Assembly (NCBI RefSeq): GCF_006345805.1
Contig: NC_043010.1
Location: 38,564,001-38,628,000 of the forward strand
Direction: 5' to 3'
Source: Octopus sinensis
Lineage: Eukaryota
Length of the DNA: 64,000 bases
A model generated the notes under the pieces. That model saw only the letters and a program-made list of their open reading frames with translations, made no database searches and was not told the origin of the DNA. The translations under genes and the position numbers were made by a program. Positions 1-12,028 of the stretch are shown here, in pieces (the stretch's first letter is position 1; each line of letters starts with the position of its first letter).

Positions 1-136
1 TGGTCGTAAAGACACTATATCAGTGGATAGACTGAAAAAGGCCTTCATAGAGAAAACGGTCCCTGTTCCCACTGCAGACAACACACACACAACATTAGAA
101 ACATGGCCCGCACACCCACCTTCACATTCCATGACT

Positions 137-320
137 GGATTATTTTTCCTGTTTTTTTACTTAATTTTTGAGAGCGGTCAGGTTCACTTTTTTAGTATTC
201 TCATTTGTGAGAGCAGTTAAGTTTATTTCAGATATTCTCACTTTAAAAATCATCTCTGGCTAGTCGTTGAGGGGACATTGGTATTGCTTTGGTGAAGGTC
301 TGTGCTCTCTGAGTGCTTTT
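137..320 (+). mobile_element. Partial non-autonomous Helentron/DINE-like (HINE-like) repeat
   Basis: Near-copy of about 11845-12028. Ends ggtgaaggt...gtgctctctgagtgc (3' hairpin). Confidence 0.5.
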
Positions 321-364
321 ATTATTATTGTTAATATTATTATTTTTTTTCCCCAATATTTCAG

Positions 365-501
365 AAAAGCCGATCAAAACAAGCTGATTCGACATTTCCT
401 GAACATGTATTCAAAAGGCTGTCTCGGATCAATGGGGCTATAAACAAAATGACCAAATCTGAGCTTCTGAAGAAGGTCCATGACTTACAATTGGATTCAA
501 G
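365..501 (+). CDS. ERI1: ERI1 coding exon (first visible; N-terminal part of SAP domain). Upstream exon(s) lie outside the window.
   Basis: Acceptor tttcag ends at 364 and donor gtaagt starts at 502. Translates KSRSKQADSTFPEHVFKRLSRINGAINKMTKSELLKKVHDLQLDS(R), resembling the ERI1 SAP start. Phase 2 matches the next exon. Confidence 0.88.
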
Positions 502-1958
502 GTAAGTTGAAAGTTGCAGAATACAAAGGAATGGGTATTTAGTATTGATTTTTGCCCTTCTAAGGTGGTGAACTGGCAGAATCGTTAGCACATCAGGTAA
601 AACAGCTACCAGCTTATTATATCCTTAGGTTTTGGATATAGACTACACTATAACCATGTTATAATACCACAAAAACTAAATCAGTAACAAACACATAACA
701 AACTTATATCTCTTCTCAATGACTTCTACGACTGCCTTCACAATAGCGACTGCACACCCCACACTGTACGTCACACAGTTAGTACGCATGTGCCTTTATA
801 AGGTTTAGGACTGTTCACTTGCTATCCCACAGGGGTGTCAGGATTTCACAGCAACGCAGTTGAACAACAGGGTTGATATAATTGACTTACCACCTTACCT
901 GAAATTGCTGGCCTTGTGCTTAAATTTGAACGTATTAATTAGATTTATCTGGGATAGAGATGGTGTATTCTCTGGGAAAATTGGTAGTGCCACAGAGAAA
1001 ATTGCAGTATTTTGTTCAGTCTTTTATTCTGGTTTTCTGTCACAGTAAGAAATTGTAAGGATTTTGGGTTGACACAGTTGTTAGAGTGGTATTTCTTTAT
1101 GCTTTTTACATGTTGAGTTCAAATCCTTCTGAGGTCAACTTTGCTTTTCATTTTTTTTTTGAGTTGATAGAATAAAGTACCAGTCAAATACCATGGTTGA
1201 TGTTATTGTCTAACTCCTTTCCTTCAAAATTGCTGGCCTTGTGTCGCAATCAGAATTAATTTATTTTGAGAGTTGGCCGTGGGGACATATTACCTTGCTT
1301 GGAAACAAGTGATGGTTGGTACCGGGAAAGTTGTCCACCTATAGAAAAAAAAATCTACCTCAGCAAATTGTCTGACCCATGCAAGCATGGAAAAGTGGAC
1401 ATTAATACAACAATGTGGATAATGATGATGTTCCAAGTTTGGTTGTTTTAGTCATGTTTGGGTCATAGTAGACTTAGGTCTTCTTCAGGTGCTGGTCTTA
1501 TGGGATAACGTTGTAAGTCTTTTGAATCGAACCCTTTATTAAATCAATTGGGCATAAATTTCATTCCATAATATACATTCCATTATCCTTACCAGAGATA
1601 TTCTCTTATTTAGTTGTTCAGCAACTGTTATTAAAATTATAATTTTCCTGATTGACAACCCTGGCCTTTAGAATCTATCTTACAATATTTAACCCACACT
1701 GTCATCCAACCCATGTCACTGTTCAACCCATGCCAGCATGGACAAAGGATGATTGGTGATGATGATGATGATGACCATGTGTCAGTTTACTATCTTTGTC
1801 ATACCTTAGTTTTCCTATTTACCTGCATAGTCACAAACCGTTTTTGGAATGAGGAACATGTATATGTACACTCACCACTGGCTTAGTGGTTAAGGGCTGT
1901 ACTATCCTTTCTTTTTGAAATTGACGCTCCTAGATTGAACCCATGTTTACATCACCAT

Positions 1959-2190
1959 CATTTAATGTCTGTTTTCCATGCTAGCATGGGTTGGACGGTT
2001 TGACCGGGGTCTGGGAAGCCAGGAGGTTGCACCAGGCTTCAGTCTGATCTGGCAGTGTTTCTACAGCTGGATGCCCTTCCTAATGCCAACCACTCTGTGA
2101 GTGTTGTGGGTGCTTTTTATGTGCCACTGGCATAGGTGCCAGGGAAGGTTGGCAACAGCCACGATCGGTTGATGATTTTTACATGCTACC
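1959..2190 (-). mobile_element. RTE-LINE 3'-tail copy (5'-truncated LINE or RTE-tailed SINE)
   Basis: Matches the 3' UTR of the RTE at 3822-5366 (ttaggaagggcatccagc...aacccatgctagc...gatgatg). Confidence 0.8.
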
Positions 2191-2239
2191 GGCACGGAAG
2201 CCAAAGACAATTAAAACATTGTGTTGATATATAGGACAA

Positions 2240-2494
2240 AGTTCCTTCTGAGTAACTAGCCCTTTGGGTCTTAGACTCAGAGGGCCAATTTCCTGGATTC
2301 TGTGGTGTATATATTCTCCTGGACAGGACACAAGTCCATCACAGGAATACTCATTTATGCTAACTGAGTGGACTGGAGCAACGTGAAATGGAGTGTTTTG
2401 TTCAAGAACACAATGTGTCACCTGGTCCTGGAATCGAAACCACAATCTTACGATCATAAGTCCAACACCCTAATCACTAAGCCACGCACCTCCA
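2240..2494 (-). mobile_element. tRNA-derived SINE, head A + tail X
   Basis: A-box gtggcttagtg and B-box gtttcgattcc, then gtgttcttgaacaaaacac and tgtgatggacttgtgtcctgtccagg. Confidence 0.75.
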
Positions 2495-2619
2495 CAGTAT
2501 AGATATAAATACTGTAAATATACACTCTAAAGATGTGGTTAAATAGTTTAGTTTCAATATTTATAAATTAAAGATTGACCTTCAAGAGTCCTGTTCTGGG
2601 TCCACATGAAAAGTACTTC

Positions 2620-2854
2620 TGGTAGTGTTATGTAAAAGTGCCTGTGTGGTGTCTTGTAAAAGCACCCATGAGGTGCCACTTAAAAGCGCCTGGTGTAGTG
2701 TCACGTAAAAGCACCCAGCACATTCTGTAAAGCGGTTGGTGTTAGGAAGGGCATCCACCCGTAGAAGCCATACCAGATCAGACTGGAGTCTTGTGCAGCT
2801 TGCCAGTTCTGGTCAAACTGCTCAATCTATGCCAGCATGGACAACAGATGTTAA
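2620..2854 (+). mobile_element. RTE-LINE 3'-tail copy, interrupted at its terminal TTAA
   Basis: Same tail sequence. The (GAT)n end resumes after 3327. Confidence 0.7.
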
Positions 2855-3327
2855 CCCTTTCGTTACTGTATTTATTTTGAGATGCTCTGTGATTCTTTCA
2901 ATGACTTTAAATATAACCAAGAATTTAGTAAAATAACTTAGTTATCATTAAGCTTGTGTTAGGAACATAAATTGTGACTAAGGTTTGATGGAAGATTTTA
3001 ATTCCAAACTTATGGAAATGAGATTTATACTCAGAGCCAGAGCTGGTTTCAGCTGGGTTGGTGTCAAAAGGGTTAAGAATTGTTTCTCTATTATATATTT
3101 TAACTGGTTTGTTACCATATTTCTGTTGAGATGTTCTGTATTTCCTTCAATTATTTAAGATATAACAAAGAATTTAATAAAATAACTTAGTTATCATTCA
3201 GCTATTGTTAGGAACATAAATTGTGACTAAGGTTTGGTGGAAGATTTTAATTCAAAACTTATGGAAACAAGATATTTGTACTCAGAGCCAGAGCCGGTTT
3301 CAGCCGGGTTGGTAACGAAAGGGTTAA
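2851..3327. mobile_element. piggyBac-type MITE (internal dimer)
   Basis: TTAA-ccctttcgttac ... gtaacgaaaggg-TTAA, a perfect 12-bp TIR. Two related ~225-bp internal units (2851-3076 and 3100-3327). Confidence 0.75.
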
Positions 3328-3560
3328 ATAATGACAATGATGATGATGATAAATATCATATTTTAAAATGGTTCTGACTCATACCGAATGCAGTGTTACT
3401 GTAACATAGAAAAAGAATTAACATATACATCTAACAGCAAGTGACAATGATGTAGGGTGGGCTTGAATACCCCACCATCATAACACCACATTCCATTACT
3501 ACTCCTGTAGTGTGGCTAACAAATCAGAGGGGTTTCATGTGTTTTCTCTTCTTGTTCCAG

Positions 3561-3771
3561 AGGCAATAAGGGTGTGTTACAGAAACGTTTGAAGATGTAC
3601 TACAAGAAGCACCGGTTACGGGCAGTCAACAGCAGTTTGGTGAAAGAAACTGGTTTTGAATTTCTAATAGTCATTGACTTTGAGGCTACCTGTACACCTT
3701 ACAATGTCAACTTTAAACATGAAATCATTGAGTTCCCCATCATCCTTATTGATGTGCAGCAGAAGAAGATA
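3561..3771 (+). CDS. ERI1: ERI1 coding exon (SAP end, ExoI motif)
   Basis: ttccag acceptor, gtaagt donor. GNKGVLQKRLKMYYKKH...FLIVIDFEATC...HEIIEFP contains the D-x-E of DEDDh ExoI. Confidence 0.95.
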
Positions 3772-3821
3772 GTAAGTAATAGTCTAGACTCTCTCTCTTT
3801 CCATCCATCCTTCTATAGATA

Positions 3822-5366
3822 CATCATCATCATCATCATCGTTTAACGTCCGCTTTCTGCGCTAGCACGGGTTGGACGGTTCGACCGGGTCTGGGAAGCC
3901 AGGGGCCGCTCCAGGCTCCAGTCTGAATCTGGCAGAGTTTCTACGGCTGGATGCCCTTCCTAACGCCAACCACTCCGTGAGTGGATTGGGTGCTTTTTAC
4001 GTGCCACCTGCACAGGGGCCGGAGGGTCCGGCATCGGTCACGATCGGTTCGAGCTTTTAACGTGTCAGCGGCACGGGGGCAACGAGGTCCGGGGTACTTT
4101 GGGGATCGGGGTACTTTGGGGATCCGGGTACTTAGAATGGGTAGGGGGTATGTGGAATTGCTGCAGAAAGCAGCCCGGGTCTTTGTAGTCACAGCATATC
4201 TCCAGAGATCTCGGTCCTTCGCCATTGCCTCAGTGAGGCCCAATGCTCTGAGGTCATGCTTGACTACCTCATCCCATGTCTTCCTGGGTCTACCTCTCCC
4301 CCTGATACCTTCAACTGTTTGGGAGTGGCACTTTTTCACACATCTCTCTTCATCCATCCGCAGCACATGACCATACCATCGCAAGCGTCGCTCTTGCACA
4401 CCACATCTGATGCTTCTTATATCCAGCATTTCTCTCAGGATGCTTACACTCTGTCTTGCGTGCACACTGACACTACACATCCAGCGGATCATGCTAGCTT
4501 CATTTCTTTCAAGTCTACGCATGTCTTCTGCAGTCACAGCCCATGTTTCATTACCGTGAAGCATGGCAGTTCGCACACATGCATCATACAATCTACCTTT
4601 TGCTCTGAGGGAGAGACCTTTTGTTGCCAGTAGGGGTAGGAGCTTTCTGAACTTTGCCCAGGCTATTCGTATTCTAGTGGTGATACTCTCTGTGCATCCA
4701 CCTCCGCTACTAACTTGGTCACCCAGGTAGCGGAAACTATCAACTACTTCTAGTTTCTCTCCCTGGAGTGTGATGGAATCTGTTTCCTGAGTGTCTGTTG
4801 TGTCTATTGTCCCTGTGCATCTGCCGCACATGAAAGCTATCTTATCTGTTAATTCCCTTTAATGTTGCTGCACCTCTTATGTGTCCATAACTTACATTGG
4901 GTGCATCTTATGGAGTTTCTACCTGTACCTTTCCTACAGGTTGAGCAGGGCCACCTACCCGAGGGGGTGTGTGCTGAGTACCTCTTGCTGCTTACTAATA
5001 CTTTGGTCTTTGCTACATTTATTCTAAGGCCCTTTGATTCCAACCCTTGCTTCCACACCTGAATTTCTCTTCTAGTTCCGGTAGTGATTCTGCTATGAGA
5101 GCTAGGTCATCGGCATAGAGGAGCTCCCAGGGGCATCCCGTTTTGAATTCCTCTGTTATTGCCTGAAGGACTATGATGAATAAAAGGGGATTGAGGGCTG
5201 AGCCCTGGTGCACACCTACTTCTACCCGGAATTCTTCACTATATTCGTTGCCAATCCTAACCTTGCTGACAGCCTCTCTGTATAGAGCCTGTACAGCCCT
5301 TATTAGCCATTCTTCAATCTCCAGTTTCCGCATCGACCACCAGATAAGGGAACGGGGAACCCTGTC
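3822..5366 (-). mobile_element. 5'-truncated RTE-clade LINE (RT domain, PHD-like insert, C-terminal domain, 3' UTR, (GAT)n tail), antisense in an ERI1 intron
   Basis: [36 protein letters not shown] and GRGRPRKTW motifs. Frameshifts near 5060 and 4850. (CAT)n at 3822-3840 on the + strand. Confidence 0.93.
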
Positions 5367-5507
5367 ATATATATATATATGGCTGATGAATACGGGACAC
5401 TTGTATTTGCTGCAATTTTTGCAGCTTTTAATAAATCTGTTCTTCGTATGAAACAATTGTACTGAACAACTAATCCATTCTTGTTGCTTTTTTCTTGTAT
5501 ATGTATG

Positions 5508-5566
<59 letters not shown>

Positions 5567-5851
5567 ATGTATGTATATATATGTATGTATATATAGGTAT
5601 GTATGTATATGTATGCATGTATATGTATATATATGTATGTATATATATATGTATATATATGTATGTATATATATATGTATGTATATGTATATATATATAT
5701 ATGGCGGTGCCCCCAGCATGGCCACAGCTCATAAGCTGAAACTAGAATCAATCAATCAATCATATGTATGTATATGTATATATATATATGTATATATATG
5801 TGTATGTATATATATAATATATATGTATATATATGTGTGTATATATTATGT

Positions 5852-5885
<34 letters not shown>

Positions 5886-6550
5886 ATATATATATGCACA
5901 CACACATGCATATATATCATCGTCATCAATCGTCTGCAGATAAAACTATAACATAAATCATTCTCTGTCTCCAACAGCCCTTGTCCCCCATCAAGATTTT
6001 TATTTCAGAATCAGTTTATCCTTGTGCCTATCTGAGCACTTTTAGAAAGACCTTCATTTCTGCTCCTGTGTACCACCTACCTCCTGATGGTGAGCAAAAT
6101 AAAAGCTTAGAAATGGGTCGCTGTCCAGCTCTGACCCAGCAAAGTGTAATCTTTTCTGCCGAATGGTGTCTGACAGCTGTGGCAGGCCTTGGTATATACA
6201 TATATATCTCTGTTGGTTATAAGATCTCTCCAGCTAATACTAAAAGTTCTTCTCAGTATATTAATATATTATCCATTTATTTTTTATTTCTATATTTTGT
6301 GTTAAAATCCAAGATTCTGAGTTGTGTGTAGCAGAATGCTTTCTACCCATGTGCTCTGAAAATTTTAAGTTTTAGTTTTCTGTCCATGTTAGACTTCCAT
6401 ATTTTGTCAAGCTTATTTATTTTGGCCTATGTCAGTCTTTGCCTTACATTGTGTTTGTGGGTGGTTTTTAAAAAAATTTTTATGATATTCATGCTACATT
6501 GATCTCAAACTGCATATCTGATGCTTGTTGTCTTTTCTTTCTTGTTTCAG

Positions 6551-6634
6551 GTGGATAAATTCCATGCTTACTGTAAACCCACAATCAATCCACAGCTTAC
6601 AAAGTTTTGTATAGAATTAACAGGTATCACCCAG
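6551..6634 (+). CDS. ERI1: ERI1 coding exon
   Basis: tttcag acceptor, gtgaga donor, 84 nt in phase 0. VDKFHAYCKPTINPQLTKFCIELTGITQ is a typical ERI1-family segment. Confidence 0.95.
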
Positions 6635-6659
6635 GTGAGAATATTATTATTATTATTAT

Positions 6660-7445
6660 TATTAAGGCAGATGCTTTGTGGCATTTCTTCCAACTTCACA
6701 TTCTGAGGTTGACTTTGCCTTTCATCTTTTCAGGCTCGATAAATTAAGTACTAGTGAAATACTGGGGTCAATATAATCCACTTGCCCCCTCCCCCAAAAT
6801 TTCAGCCCTTGTTGCCTACAGTAGAAAGGATTATTCATCATCGTTTAGCGTCCGCTTTCCATGCTAGCATGGGATTATTATATATTACAGCAGTGAGCTA
6901 GCAGAATTGTTAATATGCTGAGCAAAATATGTTGCAGTATATCATGCATCTTTATGTTCTGAGTTCAAATTCTGCCGAGGTTGACTTTGCCTTTCATCCC
7001 TTTGGAGTCAATAAAATAAGTACCAGTTAAAAACTGGGTAATGTTGATGTAATCAACTTGCCCCCTCTCTTGAACTTACTGGACTTCTTCGAAAGTTTGA
7101 AATCATAATTATTATTATTATTAAGGTAACTGGCAGGTAGATTTGTCAGAGCATTGGATAAGAATACCTTGCAGTATTTATGTTAATGCTGCTTCTATTG
7201 TAAGTTTGAAGCCCTCTGAAGTCATCTTTGCCTTTCGTCTTTTTTGGGGTCAATAATATAAAATACCAGTCAAATCCCGATGTTTAGATTGTCTCCCTTC
7301 AAAATTGCTGGCCTTGTGCCTAAATTAGAACTCATTATTAGGGTGTTAGATTGACAGTATTGTTAGAGTATTGTGAAAAATGCCTTATGGTATTTGTTCA
7401 AACTTTTTACATTTTGAGTTCACGTCTTGTCTTTCTGTCATCTTC
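6660..7445 (+). mobile_element. Cluster of about 4 head-to-tail degenerate SINE2-family copies
   Basis: Repeated ctgagttcaaat B-box and gaggttgactttgcctttcatc...ataaaataagtaccag domain, with copies separated by (ATT)n. Confidence 0.7.
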
Positions 7446-7559
7446 CATACTTGGAAACAAGTGATGGTTGATGACAGGAAGGGCTTCGGGCCATGGAAAA
7501 TCTGCATCAGTGAATTTCATCTAACCCATGCAAGCATGGAAAAGTGAATGTTAAAATCA

Positions 7560-7750
7560 TGCTCATCATCAACATCATTTAACGTCTGTAGTCCATGCTG
7601 GCAAGGGTTGGACAGTTTGACCAAGAGCAGGCAAGCTGGGGAGCTACACCAGACTCCAGTCTGCTTTGGTGTGGTTTGTATGGCTGGATGCCTTTCCTAA
7701 CACCAACCAATTTACAGTGTGTGCTTGGCACATTTTTGTGGCACTGCACA
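7560..7750 (-). mobile_element. RTE-LINE 3'-tail copy
   Basis: Same tail family as 1959-2190. Confidence 0.7.
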
Positions 7751-8340
7751 AGGCGCAGGAGTAGCTGTGTGGTAAGTAGTTTGCTTACCAACCACATGGT
7801 TTTGGGTTCAGTTCCACTGCGTGGTATCTTGGGCAAGCGTCTTCTACTATAGCCTCAGGCCGACCAAAGCCTTGTGAGTGGGTTTGGTAGACGGAAACTG
7901 AAAGAAGCCCATCATCTATATGTATATATATAGGCGCAAGAGTGGTTGTGTGGTAAGTAGCTTGCTTACCAACCACATGGTTTCGGGTTCAGTCCCACTG
8001 CGTGGTACCTCGGGCAAGTGTCTTCTACTATAGCTTCAAGCCGACCAAAGCCTTGTGGGTGGATTTGGTAGACGGAAACTAAAAGAAGCCCGTTGTATAT
8101 ATGTATGTATATATATGTATATATATTTGTGTGTCTGAGTTTGTCCCCCTGACATCGCTTGACAACAGATGCTGATGTGTTTACGTCCCTGTAACTTAGC
8201 AGTTCGGTAAAAGAGACCGATAGAATAAGTGCCAGGTTTACAAAGAATCAGTCTTGGGTTTGATATGCTCGACTAAAGGTGGTGCTCCAGCACGGCCACA
8301 GTTAAATGACTGAAACAAGTAAAAGAATAAAAGAGTAAAG
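7751..8340 (+). mobile_element. SINE1 (tRNA head, CORE-like ccttgggcaagt, internal microsatellite, (AAAGAGT)n tail) with a duplicated head
   Basis: The head ggcgcaggagtggctgtgtggtaagtagcttgcttaccaaccacatgg occurs twice (7751 and ~7932) before a single tail. Confidence 0.85.
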
Positions 8341-8662
8341 AGTGTTTTTATTGGCACTGTGTGAACACTTTTACATGGTTGCTTTTATGTGGCATCACTA
8401 TGAGAGTTTTTCACCACCAGGGGGACCAATTTTAACATTTCTACTGTGGTAGTAATTTTATCAAGAAATCTACAGCCTCCCCATCACTCCAGACAAGAAG
8501 GAGTATATTTTAATATATATTAACGAGCTTCCATTTATTAATCTGAAGGAAATTCCTATGATAGTTTGTCTTATATATCTACAAACAATACAAGCAAATT
8601 TTGTGTAACGTGTGACAAAATTGCATGTGAAATACATGCTAAAAAAAAAAAAATTAATGAGT

Positions 8663-8901
8663 AGGCACAGGAGTGGCTGTGTGGTATGTAGCTTGCTTAC
8701 CAATCACATGGTTCCGGGTTCAGTCATACTGTGTGGCACCTTGCGCAAGTGTCTTCTACTATAGCCTCAGGCTGACCAAAGCCTTGTGAGTGGATTTGAT
8801 AGATGGAAACTGAAAGAAGCCTGTCGTATATATGTATATGCATATATATATATATATGGTATATGTATATATATGTTGTATATGTATATGTATATGTATA
8901 T

Positions 8902-8933
<32 letters not shown>

Positions 8934-8937
8934 GTAT

Positions 8938-8971
<34 letters not shown>

Positions 8972-9010
8972 ATGTATAATATATATTATATATATATGTA
9001 TATATATATG

Positions 9011-9043
<33 letters not shown>

Positions 9044-9081
9044 GTATATATTATATATATATGTATATATATATATATGTA

Positions 9082-9113
<32 letters not shown>

Positions 9114-9334
9114 GTGTGTGTTTATGTGTCTGTGTTTGTCCCCCACAACATTGCTTGACAACCGATGCTGGTGTGTTTATGTCCCCGTAACTTAGCGGTT
9201 CGGCAAAAGAGACTGATAGAATAAGTACTAGGCTTATAAAGAATAAGTCCTGGGGGGTCGATTTGCTCAACTAGAGGCGGTGTTCCAGCATGGCCACAGT
9301 CAAATTACTGAAACAAGTAAAAGAGTAAAAAGAG
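8663..9334 (+). mobile_element. SINE1 full copy with ~300-bp internal (TA)/(TG) expansion
   Basis: Head at 8663, microsatellite at about 8827-9125, tail ends gaaacaagtaaaagagtaaaaagag. Confidence 0.88.
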
Positions 9335-9449
9335 CAATGGGTTTTATGAAATAGAAGAGTATTTTTAAATGTATTTATTTTATTTTCTATGAAACATAAC
9401 TGTAATTTTAAATGAATTTGAATTTTATGTGTGGCCATTATTGTTTCAG

Positions 9450-9583
9450 GAAACTGTCAACAATGCGCAAACATTTCCTCTGGTTATGTCACAAGCTCTA
9501 CAATGGCTTTTATCAAAAGGTTTACTGACCTCTGTCTCAAACAGTTCACATCGAAGAAATAAATTTGCTATTGTGACTGATGG
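9450..9583 (+). CDS. ERI1: ERI1 coding exon
   Basis: tttcag acceptor, gtaaga donor. ETVNNAQTFPLVMSQALQWLLSKGLL...KFAIVTDG; 134 nt, phases consistent with both neighbours. This exon is not in the ORF track. Confidence 0.93.
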
Positions 9584-9607
9584 GTAAGAAAATGCCTCTT
9601 TGATAAT

Positions 9608-9837
9608 TTCACCTTTTCGCATTTAAACCTGTCACATCCACCCAAAATATTCTATCTGTTTTATGTTCAAACTGTCCAGATTTAGCTTCTCTCACTTACC
9701 CTACAATGTCCATTCTAAAAATAAACTATCACATCCATTGAAATCTCAAAGCTACGAAATAATGCATGATTAGTTCAAAACGATCTGAATAAATAAACAA
9801 TACATTTGACAGAGGAATTTGAATGCTAAAGGGTTAA
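9608..9837. mobile_element. Degenerate piggyBac-type MITE
   Basis: ttcaccttttcgcatttaaa vs tttgaatgctaaagggttaa: 16/20 inverted match, ending in TTAA. Confidence 0.55.
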
Positions 9838-10278
9838 AAACACAAAAAATAATTTGTTTGTTTGTGTGGGTAAGGTGTTGGTTTATGGACCTCATTGTCA
9901 TTGTACAGCAGCAAGTGTGTTAATTCATTTTTTAAAATGGTTTAAATCATAAGAAGGGAAGAACCTTTGATCCCTTTTCAAGGAACTGGTGAGAGAAATG
10001 GAGGAAGTTATCCTTACCCAGGAAACTTGGCTCAAATGCTTTTAGCAGAGAGGGTGGGGTGGGGGTGGGACATGCATACACACACCTTTTTTTTTAAAGG
10101 TACTCAATAACCAGGTGTTAGCATTCGACTAAAAGATGGATTAAATTAACTACTGAGAACAAGAATAATTCCTTCAGTAGGCTTCGACACAGTTTCCATC
10201 AACCAAATTTCACTCACAAGGCTTTGGGTTGACCTGTTACGATATATAAATATATATATATATATATCTTAGGTTAGG

Positions 10279-10597
10279 AGCACTCCATCGGTTACGACAA
10301 TGAAGGTCCCAGCTGATATGATCAACGGAACAGCTTGCTCATGAAATTAACGTGCAAGTGGCTGAGCTCTCCACAGACACGTGTACCCCTAACCTAGTTC
10401 TCAGGGAGATTCAGTGTGACACAGAGTGTGACGAGGCTGGCCCGTTTTGAATTACAGGTACCACTCATTTTTGCCAGCTGAGTGAACTGGAGCTACAAGA
10501 AATAAAGTGTCTTGCTCAAGGACACAATGTATCGCCGGGAATTGAACTCATGACCTTACAATCGTGAGCCAAATACCCTAACCACTAAGCCACACAC
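10279..10597 (-). mobile_element. tRNA-derived SINE, head A + tail Y
   Basis: gtggcttagtggttaggg...gagttcaattccc head. Tail ends in cgtaaccgatggagtgct. Confidence 0.85.
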
Positions 10598-10788
10598 ATG
10601 CCATCAGATAAGATACATTATCATGAGTGAGTATCAAACACAGCAGTGTTTTTGCATGAGAAAAAAGAAAGATATCGTGTGTGTGTGCACTTGCTTTCAT
10701 TTTCATTCTATCTGTATGCGTATGTACCTGAAAACTTGTCACGGTAATTCCAGCTCATGTTAATGCATTTTTCCATTATATTTTTCAG

Positions 10789-11194
10789 ACCCTGGGACAT
10801 GGGACGTTTTCTTTACTACCAGTGCCAGTACAGTGGGGTGCAGTTTCCACGATGGGCCCGTCGCTGGATCAACATACGACGGCGCTATGAGAGTTTCTAC
10901 AGTTGCAAGAAAGTAGGTGGTCTGAAAGGCATGCTGGAAATGATGGGGATGTCTTTCGAAGGCCAGCTGCACTGCGGACTTGATGATGCGTACAACATTG
11001 CCAGGATTGCATTGCGACTGATGGCCGACGGATGCTGTTTGAAGATAAATGAATATCTCAATGCACCAATTGTGGATGTATCATCATCATCATCGTCAAC
11101 AACAGCAGCAGCAGAAGGATCGACATCGGTATCTGCTGCGCAAAGCAATTCAGAAGACAGCGATTCCCTGATGACAACACCAATGGCAAAATAA
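10789..11194 (+). CDS. ERI1: ERI1 terminal coding exon (ExoII and ExoIII motifs, Ser/Ala-rich tail, stop)
   Basis: tttcag acceptor. (G)PWDMGRFL gives the ExoII D and HCGLDDAYNIARI gives the ExoIII H and D. TAA at 11192-11194. Confidence 0.95.
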
Positions 11195-11664
11195 AATCAG
11201 TCACAGTTTCAGCCAGAAAGACTTCAGCGCCGACTCACTCGGTAGACATTGATGTAGCGAAAGAAATGAGCAAACTAAGTGTTGACTAACCCTTAGGTTT
11301 ATGGTTCTTCCACCTCGATGAAGACATATTGGGAATTGTCCTTTTACCATCGACTGTGATTCGCACTTCTCAGATTCTGTGATTTCAAATGATTGTCTTT
11401 CAGTTTGGTGTCTCAACAATCAAGGTCAAGTTGTTTCCAGCCATTATTGGAAGAAGCTTTAAAGACTTGAATTGCATACATTAAATTCTTTTTTTATTTA
11501 TATTCATTGCTGGTTTTCTTTCCCATTTTTGTTTCATCTTTTAAAAAATTCTATTTTAATTTCTTCTAATTTTTCTTCTCATTGTTATTGTTGTTACCAT
11601 CACTGTCCTCTCCTTCCTGCTCCTCCTCCTCTTACCATTTTTTTGTCGACATACTCTGCCTTTA

Positions 11665-12028
11665 TAACCTCCACCTTACCATAAGCAGAGGTATTGTATT
11701 CAGTTACGTTTGTTTGTTACTGTGGGCAAGATATCTCAAGAACCGCTGGATGAATTCGTATGAAACTTTCAGGGATGTTTGGCCTTCTAACTGGCACAAA
11801 CTGATTAGATTTTGGGATCAATCTGCTTCCAGACAAGGATTCTGGATTATTTTTCTGTTCTTTTTTACTTAATTTTTTAGAGCAGTCAGCTTCATTTTTA
11901 GTATCCTCGTTTGTGAGAGCAGTTGAGTTTATTTCAGATATTCTTATTTTAAAAATCATCTCTGGCTAATTGTTGAGAGGACGTTGGTGTTGCCTTGGTC
12001 TAGGTTTGCACTCTCTGAGTGCTCTTGT
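11665..12028 (+). mobile_element. Non-autonomous Helentron/DINE-like (HINE-like) repeat, fuller copy
   Basis: 5' acctccacc (11667-11675) is approximately complementary to the subterminal ggtgaaggt of the first copy. Perfect 3' hairpin gcactc-tct-gagtgc at 12008-12022. The class assignment is inference. Confidence 0.5.

Noticed and set aside
1451-1492. Hammerhead-like CTGAAGA...caaacatgac on the minus strand
   Set aside because: Stem II does not pair and G12 is missing. At best a very old remnant.
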